Below, piece by piece: positions 18,950 through 27,865 of a stretch of DNA of 64,000 nucleotides. Made by a program: the position numbers and the translations under genes. The notes beneath the pieces were generated by a model that had not been told where the DNA came from, searched no databases, and was given only the letters and a program-made list of their open reading frames with translations. This DNA is from Clostridiales bacterium. Its GTDB lineage: Bacteria; Bacillota; Clostridia; Oscillospirales; CAG-272. How positions within the stretch are numbered: the first letter of the stretch is position 1; the number at the start of each line of letters is the position of its first letter. The stretch lies in contig JAAVYP010000061.1 of the NCBI GenBank assembly GCA_022791195.1, positions 12,732 through 76,731 on the forward strand, written 5' to 3'.

Positions 18950-19699
18950 TTATTTATCATTTTGGTCAGCTTCTTCTGTTTCTTCTTTTGGCGCGCTGCG
19001 CTCCCCCTGTTTTTTAAATTCAAATTTGCTTTCGGTTCGGTTGAGCAGCCGTTTGATATTGGAACGGTGCATGAAAATAACCAGCGCCGCAATCAAAAGC
19101 GCAATCCATGCATATTCAGGGCCGTGCCGGTCTGTCATGGTGAGCAGCAGGGGATACATGAGCATGCACATCACCGAGCCTAACGAGATGTATTTATAGC
19201 CGACAACGATGATCACAAAAATGGTAAATAAAACAATAAAGGTTAAGGGCGAAAGCAAGAGAATGGTCATAGCGGTGACGGCCACTCCTTTGCCCCCTTT
19301 AAAATGATAATATACAGGGAAACAATGGCCGACGATGCAGAAAAGTCCCGCGATATAGCCGCCCATAATGCCCATGAGCAAACAGCCGATGGTGATCGAA
19401 ACAAAGGCCTTCAGCAAATCGCCCCCAAAGGTCAGCGCGGCTGACTTGCGGCCATATGTACGCATCATATTGGTCATGCCGCCGTTGCCCGAGCCATAGC
19501 GGCGGATATCTTCTTTGTATTTGTGCTTGGAGAGCAAAATGGCGAAGTTAATGCTGCCTAATAAATAGGCCATAATCGCGCAGATGCCCAACAGCAGAAT
19601 GGCCATCACAAGCGGCATTTTGTAATCGTAATAAGGGCTGATCAAACCGTTCACGCGTGTATTCATAAAAGCGTTGTAAAAATTAGCCATTGCTATCAT
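18950..19699 (-). CDS. plsY: Glycerol-3-phosphate acyltransferase PlsY (acyl-phosphate dependent) with N- and C-terminal extensions
   Basis: GSGNGGMTN and FKGGKGVA motifs. Conserved der-plsY adjacency. Acidic/lysine-rich ~30-aa tail. Confidence 0.85.
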   Translation of the reverse strand: MIAMANFYNAFMNTRVNGLISPYYDYKMPLVMAILLLGICAIMAYLLGSINFAILLSKHKYKEDIRRYGSGNGGMTNMMRTYGRKSAALTFGGDLLKAFVSITIGCLLMGIMGGYIAGLFCIVGHCFPVYYHFKGGKGVAVTAMTILLLSPLTFIVLFTIFVIIVVGYKYISLGSVMCMLMYPLLLTMTDRHGPEYAWIALLIAALVIFMHRSNIKRLLNRTESKFEFKKQGERSAPKEETEEADQNDK

Positions 19700-21020
19700 C
19701 CCCTTTTTGTCGAATCACCAGCCGAATGGGCGTGCCGTGAAAGCCAAAGACTTCGCGCAGCCTGTTTTCAATATAGCGCTGGTAAGAAAAATGAAAGAGT
19801 TCGGCCTGGTTGCAGAAAATGACAAATGTAGGCGGTTTCACGCCGATTTGCGTCATATAATAAATTTTGAGCCGCTTGCCTTTGTCAGAAGGCGGCTGCA
19901 CGCGGGTGATGGCTTCGCCTAACACATCGTTTAACATGCCGGTGGTAATACGAGTGGCGGCCTGATTGGATACGGTGTGAATGAGCTCAAACAGCTTTGG
20001 CAGGCGCTGTCCGGTTTTTGCCGAGACAAACAACACAGGCGCGTAAGTCATATAGCCTAAATGAAAATACACATCATCGGTAAATTTTTTGGTTGTGGCA
20101 TTGTCCTTTTCGATTAAATCCCACTTGTTGACCACCACAATAGACGCTTTGCCGGCCTCGTGCGCCAGTCCGGCGATCTTTTCATCCTGTTCGGTGATTC
20201 CCTGCGCCGCGTCAATCAAGATCAAGCACACATCCGAGCGGTCTACGGCCATCTTAGCCCGCAGGACCGAATATTTTTCAATGTTATCTTCAATTTTGCT
20301 TTGCCGGCGGATGCCCGCTGTGTCAATAAATAAAAATTTGCCGTATTCATTATCGACCGAAGTGTCAATGGCGTCGCGGGTGGTGCCGGCAATATCCGAG
20401 ACAATCAGCCTATCTTCCCCTAAAATGCGGTTAATAATCGAGCTTTTGCCCGCGTTTGGTTTGCCGATGACCGCCACCTTGATACGGTCGTCCTCTTCTT
20501 CTTGCTCCTCCTGCTCTGGCAGCAAGGAAACGATTTTGTCCAACAAGTCGCCCGAGCCGGTTCCGTGCAGGGAAGAGAGGGGGATCGGGTCGCCTAAGCC
20601 AAGCTCGTAAAATTCATAAAATTCAAGCGGCAGTCGGCCAATGCAGTCTACTTTGTTAACAGCCAAAAGAATGGGTTTTCTGGCCCTGAGCAGCATACGG
20701 GCAATGTCCTTGTCATCGGCAGTCAGACCGGTTCTGATATCGGTCATAAATACGATGACGTCAGCCGTATCAATCGCGATTTGCGCTTGCATGCGCATAT
20801 GCTTTAAAATGATATCGTTAGTTTTGGGTTCAATGCCGCCGGTGTCAATTAGCATCATAGCGCGCCCGGCCCATTCGGTATCACAGTAAATGCGGTCGCG
20901 TGTGACGCCCGGCGTATCTTCGACAATGGCGATTCGCTGGCCGGACAATTTATTAAAGAGAGTAGATTTGCCGACATTCGGCCTGCCAACAATGGCAACA
21001 ATAGGCTTTGTATTCGCCAT
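19683..21020 (-). CDS. der: Ribosome-associated GTPase Der (EngA)
   Basis: Two G domains (GRPNVGKST, GKPNAGKSS) plus a KH-like C-terminus. Start taken at MANTKPIVAIVG; the upstream part of the ORF is judged non-coding. Confidence 0.9.
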   Translation of the reverse strand: MANTKPIVAIVGRPNVGKSTLFNKLSGQRIAIVEDTPGVTRDRIYCDTEWAGRAMMLIDTGGIEPKTNDIILKHMRMQAQIAIDTADVIVFMTDIRTGLTADDKDIARMLLRARKPILLAVNKVDCIGRLPLEFYEFYELGLGDPIPLSSLHGTGSGDLLDKIVSLLPEQEEQEEEDDRIKVAVIGKPNAGKSSIINRILGEDRLIVSDIAGTTRDAIDTSVDNEYGKFLFIDTAGIRRQSKIEDNIEKYSVLRAKMAVDRSDVCLILIDAAQGITEQDEKIAGLAHEAGKASIVVVNKWDLIEKDNATTKKFTDDVYFHLGYMTYAPVLFVSAKTGQRLPKLFELIHTVSNQAATRITTGMLNDVLGEAITRVQPPSDKGKRLKIYYMTQIGVKPPTFVIFCNQAELFHFSYQRYIENRLREVFGFHGTPIRLVIRQKGDDSNG

Positions 21021-21060
21021 TTTTATTTTCCTTTCTGTGGAGCAATTAAAAATACTGCGT

Positions 21061-22176
21061 TCAGTTCGCTGCCGCAGCAGAACCGAGTTCCGCTGCAGCG
21101 CATGCGAGCGCTGCTTCAATGACCTTATGCATATCAAAATATTGATACATACCTAAACGGCCGCCAAAGAGAATGTTTTTTTCTTGATCAGCCAGTTCTT
21201 TGTACCGGCTGTACAGCGCGTTGTTTTTTTCATCGTTCATGGGGTAATAGGGCTCGGTTCCGCGCTGCCAGGCCGCCGGATATTCTTTGGTGATGACAGT
21301 GGACGGCCCTATGCCGTATTCAAAGTGTTTATGCTCAATGATGCGGGTATAGGGTACCTCATAGTCGGTGTAGTTCACGACGGCAGAGCCTTGAAAATTA
21401 TCGGTTGGCAGTGTCTCGGTCTCAAAGCGAAGCGAGCGATAGGCAAGCTCGCCGAAGCGATAGCCGTAGTATTCATCAATCATGCCGGTATAGATGATTT
21501 TGTGAGCCATGCTTGATAGGGCTTCTCGGTTTTCTAAAAAGTCACAGTTCAGTTTTACTTCATGGCCCGCTAACATTTTTTCGATAATTTGTGTATAGCC
21601 CCCTTCAGGGATGCCTTGGTAACGGTCATTAAAATAGTTGTTGTCATACGTAAAGCGCACAGGCAGCCGTTGGATGATGAAAGCGGGCAGCTCGGTTGCC
21701 TTGCGGCCCCATTGTTTTTCGGTATAACCTTTGACCAGCTTTTCGTAAATATCGGTACCGACAAGACGAATGGCTTGCTCTTCTAAATTTTGGGGTGAGG
21801 TGATACCGGCCTCTTTAATTTGCCGGTCGATTTTTTCCTTTGCCTCGGCCGGTGTGGTAACCCCCCACATTTGATGAAAGGTATTCATATTAAAAGGGAG
21901 GTTAAAGAGTTCTTCTTTATATCTTGCCACCGGCGCGTTTGTGTAGCGGTTGAACGAGGCAAAAGATTGAATATAGTCCCACACCTCTTTATTAGAGGTA
22001 TGGAAGATATGGGCGCCGTACATATGCACGTGAATACCGTCGACTTCTTTTGTATAAATGTTGCCCGCAATATGGGGACGCTTGTCAATGATCAGACATT
22101 TTTTTCCGGCCTTACCCGCGCGCTCTGCAAATACAGCGCCAAACAGCCCTGCACCTACGATGAGATAATCGTACAT
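21061..22176 (-). CDS. glf: UDP-galactopyranose mutase
   Basis: MYDYLIVGAGLFGAVFA FAD-binding fold, NIYT..DGI.VH.YG.HIFHT motif, 371 aa. Confidence 0.9.
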   Translation of the reverse strand: MYDYLIVGAGLFGAVFAERAGKAGKKCLIIDKRPHIAGNIYTKEVDGIHVHMYGAHIFHTSNKEVWDYIQSFASFNRYTNAPVARYKEELFNLPFNMNTFHQMWGVTTPAEAKEKIDRQIKEAGITSPQNLEEQAIRLVGTDIYEKLVKGYTEKQWGRKATELPAFIIQRLPVRFTYDNNYFNDRYQGIPEGGYTQIIEKMLAGHEVKLNCDFLENREALSSMAHKIIYTGMIDEYYGYRFGELAYRSLRFETETLPTDNFQGSAVVNYTDYEVPYTRIIEHKHFEYGIGPSTVITKEYPAAWQRGTEPYYPMNDEKNNALYSRYKELADQEKNILFGGRLGMYQYFDMHKVIEAALACAAAELGSAAAAN

Positions 22177-22289
22177 CTGTTAACCATACCTTTCTTTTGC
22201 TGCGATGGTTTCTCTATGGAAAGAAACACAAAACGGCTTGCTTAGACCCTTTATTTGTGTTCATTATGATTGTGATCCGTATTGTTCCG

Positions 22290-22318
22290 ATTATAGCATA
22301 CTTTTTTTTTCATTTCAA
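22290..22318 (-). promoter_or_regulatory. Sigma-A type promoter upstream of glf
   Basis: Minus strand TTGAAA-17 nt-TATAAT. Confidence 0.55.
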
Positions 22319-22385
22319 CTGTTAAGAAGGACTGCACTGCGGAAGGCTGGTGTTTAGTCAATCGATTTTTTCACATATGATAAGA

Positions 22386-22433
22386 AACAAAACAAAAACA
22401 AGGCGTGTCCGCCGTTTGCCGGCAACACGCCTT
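22386..22433 (-). terminator. Intrinsic terminator after rpmF
   Basis: AAGGCGUGU...ACACGCCUU long stem followed by GUUUUUGUUUUG on the minus strand. Confidence 0.8.
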
Positions 22434-22441
22434 ACTTTTGT

Positions 22442-22624
22442 TTATGCTTCCGTTTTGACAACTTCTTTGCCTTTATAGTGGCCGCATTCACTGCATACTC
22501 TGTAGTTTAGGTTATATGCGCCGCATTTCGGGCATTTGGCCATACTGGGGAGCTGCAGCTTCCATACGTTCGAACGTCTTTTATCTCTTCTTGCTTTCGA
22601 AACTTTTCTCTTTGGTACTGCCAT
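22442..22624 (-). CDS. rpmF: 50S ribosomal protein L32
   Basis: MAVPKRKVSKARRDKRR... with CxxC...CxxC. Confidence 0.95.
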   Translation of the reverse strand: MAVPKRKVSKARRDKRRSNVWKLQLPSMAKCPKCGAYNLNYRVCSECGHYKGKEVVKTEA

Positions 22625-22706
22625 TTTCGGTTCCCTCCTTCACATTTATAAACGTATTTTTATCGTTGATTATTTTAATGCTGTTCCTTTTGCGTCAGAA
22701 ATGATG

Positions 22707-23216
22707 CTATTCATCTTTTGCATCCAACAGCTTGGCCAACACAGCCAGCCGGGGATCAATTTCCTTGTGCGAGCAGGAACAAGCGCCCGTGTTCAGATCA
22801 TGCCCGCATTTCGGGCAAAGACCTTTGCAATCTTCACGGCATAAAATTTTTGAGGGAACACTCAGCAGAATTTCTTCGAGAAGTGGAATATCGACATCCA
22901 CTGCGTTTTCCTCGATTACAACATAGTCGTCGTTTTCCTCTTCTAACGTACCGGGCAGTGCGATGGTTCGGTTGAACTCGACTGTTAATGTACGTAAAAC
23001 AGGCTGCAAACAGCGATCGCACGCCGCTTCATATTCAGCAGCGGCACAAAGCGAAAGCGCCATATAACCTGCGTTGTTGGTGATTTTTCCGCTGACCGTA
23101 AACGGCTTCGGAAAAACAACACCGGGAATCATTTGGGCATCCTCCGGCTGTAACGGGTAGCTAAAATCAATTGTATTTTTGGCTCCCGATAAAATCGGAC
23201 TCATATCAATTTTCAT
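22707..23216 (-). CDS. yceD: YceD/DUF177 family protein (large-subunit rRNA accumulation protein)
   Basis: Conserved position upstream of rpmF. C-terminal CREDCKGLCPKCGHDLN Cys cluster. Confidence 0.85.
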   Translation of the reverse strand: MKIDMSPILSGAKNTIDFSYPLQPEDAQMIPGVVFPKPFTVSGKITNNAGYMALSLCAAAEYEAACDRCLQPVLRTLTVEFNRTIALPGTLEEENDDYVVIEENAVDVDIPLLEEILLSVPSKILCREDCKGLCPKCGHDLNTGACSCSHKEIDPRLAVLAKLLDAKDE

Positions 23217-23295
23217 GAATGATGCTCCTTTTACACAACGACGCACCATATATTATACAAATACAGGCGGTTTTTGTCAAGATTATTTTCAAAAA

Positions 23296-23508
23296 TCAAT
23301 GCTTATTTCTTTTGAATAGGGCATCAAATTTTTTTTGGTTGGCAGTATCATGATTTTTTTGCGCTGTATAAACGCCGTTTTCAGCGATAATCACGTCACC
23401 GTCCTGATAGGTGCCCTGAATATTGGCAAGAGAAATCGAGACCATCTCTCCGTTTTCATCCTCGCATATTACCCAGTTTCCCTCGGTTCTGTCAATGATA
23501 TATTTCAT
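23296..23508 (-). CDS. DUF3006 family small protein
   Basis: MKYIIDRTEGNWVICEDENGEMVSI pattern. Start at the internal ATG of the 84-aa ORF. Confidence 0.6.
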   Translation of the reverse strand: MKYIIDRTEGNWVICEDENGEMVSISLANIQGTYQDGDVIIAENGVYTAQKNHDTANQKKFDALFKRNKH

Positions 23509-23597
23509 CTTTATCACTCCTTGCGAAATTGTGTATGGCAAAAGCCGCAAAAAGCTATCTGTTCCCGGTAACAGTGGATTTTGATAGCGATGACTTG

Positions 23598-24245
23598 TTA
23601 CATGCCGAAATCTTCGCCGACGATAATGACTTTAATGCGACCGGCAGGCTTGCAGACTCTAGTGAGGACGATTTGCGCACAAATGGTGTCCGGATGGAGG
23701 CAGTCGGCACATTGTCCTGTTTGGTAGCAAGGGCGGTGATCGCTGGGAAAACGCATGGAGTTAAGCGGCGCCGCCGTATGACGCGCGCGAAGCAGTGCGC
23801 TGTCTAATGTAGGCACTATTTTGTTGAAGCCAGCGACAACCAATACATTTTTGGGGCCGTAGCAAAGAGCGGCCACCCGGTTGCCGGTGCCGTCGATATT
23901 GACCAACTGACCGTCGGCGGAAATCGCGTTTGCGCTCATGAGAAAAGTGTCGCAAAGAAGAGCTTGTCTGGTGAGGGCGGCTTTTTCATCAGGCGTTTTG
24001 GCCTGATCTCGGTCGATGACCGGGTTTCCACGTTTAAGAAACGCCGCTTTGATGCCGCTTTCGTCCAGCGTGGCTGATCCGCCCCAGGCGAGAAGGTCTT
24101 GCGCGGGTACAAGGGCCAATGCTTTTTCGATCGCTTGCTCTCTGTTTGCACAGTAATAGGCATCAAAGCCGCGTTTTTGCAGTGCTTTGACAACCAAAGG
24201 ACCGGATCGGTCTGCGACTTGCTGCTTATAGGTCAATTGAGTCAA
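23598..24245 (-). CDS. LUD-domain (lactate utilisation LutC/YkgG-like, DUF162) protein
   Basis: 215 aa. A...SANAISADGQLVNIDGTGNRV and a CxxC near the C-terminus are typical of DUF162/LUD proteins. Confidence 0.65.
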   Translation of the reverse strand: MTQLTYKQQVADRSGPLVVKALQKRGFDAYYCANREQAIEKALALVPAQDLLAWGGSATLDESGIKAAFLKRGNPVIDRDQAKTPDEKAALTRQALLCDTFLMSANAISADGQLVNIDGTGNRVAALCYGPKNVLVVAGFNKIVPTLDSALLRARHTAAPLNSMRFPSDHRPCYQTGQCADCLHPDTICAQIVLTRVCKPAGRIKVIIVGEDFGM

Positions 24246-24254
24246 CTCCTTTTG

Positions 24255-24764
24255 TTATTGGTTTGGTAAGATACGGTTTTTATGTTTTTTGATATAATAA
24301 ACTAAAATCGAACCGAATACACCGCAAGAAATCGCTTCGCCGGCAAAAATGGTAGCAAAGAGATAGATGAGGCTTTCCGGACTGCCGTATGCATAGGATA
24401 AAATAAAGGGAAGAATCAGCGTATTGGAAATAACAGGGGGCACACAGGCAAGATAAATGAGCCGTCCCTTCGCGTATTTACCGATCAGATAGGTAAAGCA
24501 GGCGCCGAGCAGGGTGGCAAGGCTGCCGAAAATGATGTCCCAGATCACACAGCCCGAAATCAGGTTCGACAAAAGACAACCGATGAACAGACCGGGTACA
24601 GCCGCCGGCATAAAGGCCGGCAGAACGGTCAGCGCTTCGCTGATACGAATTTGAATAGCGCCGTTCGCTAATCCGAAAAATGAGATAAGAAGCGTAATGA
24701 CAGCATACATGGCGGCAACGGCCGCTCCTTGTGCTAAAAACAGCACTTTTTTGTTTCCTTTCAT
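24255..24764 (-). CDS. queT: Queuosine-precursor transporter QueT (ECF-type S component)
   Basis: 169 aa, 5-6 TM helices. N-terminus ...AAMYAVITLL...IQIRISEALTVLP is characteristic of QueT (COG4708). Confidence 0.8.
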   Translation of the reverse strand: MKGNKKVLFLAQGAAVAAMYAVITLLISFFGLANGAIQIRISEALTVLPAFMPAAVPGLFIGCLLSNLISGCVIWDIIFGSLATLLGACFTYLIGKYAKGRLIYLACVPPVISNTLILPFILSYAYGSPESLIYLFATIFAGEAISCGVFGSILVYYIKKHKNRILPNQ

Positions 24765-24840
24765 GAAAGAAACCTCCTTAGTTTTGATTTAAACAGACGG
24801 GGAAGTCTGTTCGGTGAGGATGGTTACGAACTCACCATAA
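24765..24840 (-). promoter_or_regulatory. Structured queT leader, candidate preQ1 riboswitch (class unresolved)
   Basis: Minus-strand RNA GGUGAG-UUCGUAACCAUC-CUCACC GAA CAGAC-UUCCCC-GUCUG UUUAAAUCAAAACUAAGGAGGUUUC AUG. The hairpin loop starts with UUC and ends with C. A-rich tail AAAACUAAGG. Loop AACC can pair with GGUU at the SD. Confidence 0.45.
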
Positions 24841-24849
24841 TATAAATTT

Positions 24850-24900
24850 ATAAAAATCTGGTTTTAGGAGAAGAAGGCACTTGTGTACCGTTTAAAACCA
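24850..24900 (-). terminator. Probable terminator after aroQ
   Basis: UGGUUUUA...UAAAACCA stem with an inner GGUAC/GUGCC hairpin, followed by GAUUUUUAU. Confidence 0.45.
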
Positions 24901-24950
24901 AATGATTATACAGGCAGGCGCAGACAGACTTATTATGGCTGTATGCGTTT

Positions 24951-25394
24951 TTAATGTTCTTTCTGTTGATCGTTTTCCTGCAAGAAACGAATGGCCGACA
25001 GATAACCGTCAAAGCCTTCGCCGGCAATTGTTTTGGCGGCAGCAAGCGACACATAGGAGAGCTTGCGGAATTCTTCCCGGTTTTGTACATCCGAAATATG
25101 AACCTCTACCGTCGGAATCCGAACGGCCTTTAGGGCGTCTAAAATGGCCACGCTGGTGTGTGTGTAAGCGGCTGGGTTGATAACGATGCCGTCAAAAACG
25201 CCGTATGCCTTTTGAATTTCATCAACGATCGCACCTTCGTGATTCGACTGAAAAAATTCGACCTCTATTTTTTCTTTTTGACAATAATCCATGATCATTT
25301 GGATGAGGTCTTTATAAGAATTTTCGCCGTAGATTTCTTTTTCACGCAGTCCTAAAAGATTGATGTTAGGACCGTTGATGACTAATATTTTCAT
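24951..25394 (-). CDS. aroQ: 3-dehydroquinate dehydratase, type II
   Basis: MKILVINGPNINLLGLRE...QSNHEGAIVD...INPAAYTHTS motifs. Confidence 0.9.
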   Translation of the reverse strand: MKILVINGPNINLLGLREKEIYGENSYKDLIQMIMDYCQKEKIEVEFFQSNHEGAIVDEIQKAYGVFDGIVINPAAYTHTSVAILDALKAVRIPTVEVHISDVQNREEFRKLSYVSLAAAKTIAGEGFDGYLSAIRFLQENDQQKEH

Positions 25395-25434
25395 AGGGAA
25401 TCCCTTTCTTTTGATAAAAATAACAACGTATAAA

Positions 25435-26658
25435 TCAGTCAATGCCGATGAGCGAGCAAATTTTTTTGGCTGTTTCGGGTCCGCCGTCCACCGTCACAGT
25501 GTAGTCAGCGAGCCGCCGGTAAAGCGGCATGCGTTCATGAGCCATTTTTTCCAAACTGTTTGTTTGCGAGAGGGGGCGGCCTTTTATGTCCAGGGCTGCG
25601 ATTTCCCGCTCAAGATGAAAGATGAATGCGTTTTGCCGGAGAGGATATTCGTTTCTTTTTTTGGTGACAACGCCGCCGCCGGTGGCGATAATGAGTCCGC
25701 TTTCTTTGGCAAGGCGGGCGGTGACTTCGGTTTCAATACGACGGAAGGTCTCTTCGCCCTGTTCGGCAAAGATTTCGGGAATCGAACAGCCGGTTTGCTT
25801 GACAATTTCCTCATCACAGTCGACAAAGGGGCGGTTTGTGAGCCGGGCCAGCGCTTTGCCAACCGTGGTTTTGCCACAGCCGGGCATACCGATCAGGATG
25901 ATGTTTTTTGTTTTCTTTTCGATGGCCGAGACGATTCGGTCAATCTGCCTGTCGTCAATCGAACAGCCGGTAAATAGTTCGGAGGCAGCTTTTGCCTGTG
26001 CCACCAACATGCTAAGCCCGTTGGCGCAGGGAATCTGCCGGCACTGCGCGTCGTACAGCAGCTTGGTATAGGCCGGATTGTAGATAATATCAATGACACC
26101 CCGGCAGTTTGGAAAAAGATCCAGCGAAAGGGGACTTTCGCCATTTTTCGGATACATGCCGACCGGCGTGGTGTTGATGATGATTTCCGCGTCCGCGTGT
26201 TTGGCCAGGTTTGTGTAATTATTTTCACCCCGGCGCGAGATGGTGATGATGGGATCAGCGCCCAGTTCCTTGGCGGCCGCTTGCACAATGACCGAAGAAC
26301 CGCCCGTGCCTAAAACCAATGTTTTACGGCCTTTTACATCAATTTTGCTTTTTTGAACCAGGTATAAAAAGCCGGCATAATCGGTGTTGTCACCATACAG
26401 CGTACCGTCTTTTCGCCGAATAATCGTGTTAACGCTGCCAAGCGATTGGGCGCGTGGTGAGAGGGCGTCGAGATAGGGAATGACTGCTTTTTTATAGGGG
26501 ATGGTGACGTTAATGCCATCAAATGGTTCTTCGGTTAAGAAGGCTGCTAATTCATCCTCTTCTCTTTCAAAAAGCGTGTAGGAATAGCTGCCAAGCATAG
26601 CATGAATTTCGGGCGAAAAGCTGTGCGGCAGTTTTTTGCCTAATAAGCCGGCTTTCAT
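25435..26658 (-). CDS. aroE/aroK: Bifunctional shikimate dehydrogenase / shikimate kinase fusion
   Basis: The N-terminal ~270 aa is AroE-like (SFSPEIH, NVTIPYK, NTDYAGF, GTGGSS). The C-terminal ~140 aa is shikimate kinase (GMPGCGKTTVGKALA, ATGGG). Confidence 0.85.
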   Translation of the reverse strand: MKAGLLGKKLPHSFSPEIHAMLGSYSYTLFEREEDELAAFLTEEPFDGINVTIPYKKAVIPYLDALSPRAQSLGSVNTIIRRKDGTLYGDNTDYAGFLYLVQKSKIDVKGRKTLVLGTGGSSVIVQAAAKELGADPIITISRRGENNYTNLAKHADAEIIINTTPVGMYPKNGESPLSLDLFPNCRGVIDIIYNPAYTKLLYDAQCRQIPCANGLSMLVAQAKAASELFTGCSIDDRQIDRIVSAIEKKTKNIILIGMPGCGKTTVGKALARLTNRPFVDCDEEIVKQTGCSIPEIFAEQGEETFRRIETEVTARLAKESGLIIATGGGVVTKKRNEYPLRQNAFIFHLEREIAALDIKGRPLSQTNSLEKMAHERMPLYRRLADYTVTVDGGPETAKKICSLIGID

Positions 26659-26719
26659 ATCTTACCTCCTTGTTCATAATCGAAAATTTGTTTATCACTT
26701 GGCGGCATCCGCCTAAAAT

Positions 26720-27865
26720 TTACATGGTTTGCGTATAGCTGCCTAAATATTTGAAATCGTCACAGAGCGTGTCTAATTCACAGATGAGCTGGGCAAATTC
26801 CGGCGAATAGACCGAAGCCTCAACATCAAAGTAAAACATAAATTCAAAATCCCGCTCAGGCAGAGGACGGCTTTCTAATTTAATTAAATTGATACCTAAC
26901 GCGTAAAAACGAGCCAAAACCTGATACAGCGCGCCTGGTTTGTGCGGTGTGACCAGCATCAGCGAGGTTTTGTCCGCTCCTGGATAGATGGCTAATTTTT
27001 TTGAAATGCAAATGAAGCGGGTGTAATTGTTGCCCTCATCTTGCACGCCGCTTTGCAGGCAGTGCAGACCGTATAAATCAGCGCAGGATTTGGAGCATAG
27101 CACACCTAAATCGCGCCGGCCCGACTTGGCGGCCATTTCAGCAGCTACCGCCGTGTTGGCAACCGGTGTGATTTTGATATGGCCGGGCAGACTTTTGATG
27201 AATTTGGCACACTGATTGATGGCCTGCTCATGCGAGCAAATTTCGGTAAGCTCGGATAAGCGCACCGGCTCGGCGGCCATTAAGTTATGATTGACTTTGA
27301 TTCGTACCGAACGGGTGATATAAAAATTGTGCTTGATCATCAGATCATATACCTGATTGACCGAACCGGCCGTGCTGTTTTCTACCGGCAGCACGCCATA
27401 TTCGCAAAAGCCCGAATCAATGGCGTTAAAAACCTTTTCAAAAGAAGAGTAATACTCAATGTCGGGCACGTCAAACAATTTTTCACAGGCGGCCTGCGAA
27501 TAGGCGCCCTCAATTCCCTGGCAGGCAATCTTTGCCTCTTTGGGAAATACCTTGTCGGTGGCATCAATGGCGTCCTGAATGGAACGATATAAGTGATTCC
27601 CTTTGTTGATAAGCTTGCTTTGGTATGCTTTGGATAGTTCAAAAATGATGGAATAGAGCGCGCGGGTATAGGATCGAAAATCGGCTTCACTTTTGGCGGA
27701 AATGCCGGTGAGAATCTCTCGTTCCCGCTTGGCATCAAAAACAGGCAGACCGTGCTCTTGTTTATAGGCAGCAACCTCGGCACTGGTGCGCATACGTTCT
27801 TCAAACAGCGCAATAAGGGTATGGTCGATTTCATCAATTTTTTTTCTTGCGTCAGTGAGTTCCAT
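26720..27865 (-). CDS. pheA: Bifunctional chorismate mutase / prephenate dehydratase (P-protein)
   Basis: N-terminal CM_2 helix (RKKIDEIDHTLIALFEERM), PDT domain (ENSTAGSV) and a C-terminal ACT domain (ESRP...F.FYFD). Confidence 0.85.
   Translation of the reverse strand: MELTDARKKIDEIDHTLIALFEERMRTSAEVAAYKQEHGLPVFDAKREREILTGISAKSEADFRSYTRALYSIIFELSKAYQSKLINKGNHLYRSIQDAIDATDKVFPKEAKIACQGIEGAYSQAACEKLFDVPDIEYYSSFEKVFNAIDSGFCEYGVLPVENSTAGSVNQVYDLMIKHNFYITRSVRIKVNHNLMAAEPVRLSELTEICSHEQAINQCAKFIKSLPGHIKITPVANTAVAAEMAAKSGRRDLGVLCSKSCADLYGLHCLQSGVQDEGNNYTRFICISKKLAIYPGADKTSLMLVTPHKPGALYQVLARFYALGINLIKLESRPLPERDFEFMFYFDVEASVYSPEFAQLICELDTLCDDFKYLGSYTQTM

Noticed and set aside
25360-25977. Long antisense ORFs opposite well-supported genes. 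Examples: 25360-25977 opposite aroE/aroK, 20089-20610 opposite der, 32978-33490 opposite GH36, 2422-2871 opposite capA, 12816-13121 opposite fabK, and 54034-54618 opposite the sortase.
   Set aside because: Each lies entirely inside a gene with strong family motifs on the other strand. The translated sequences are low-complexity (Arg/Ser/Pro/Ala rich) with no RBS or recognisable motifs. This is typical of shadow ORFs.
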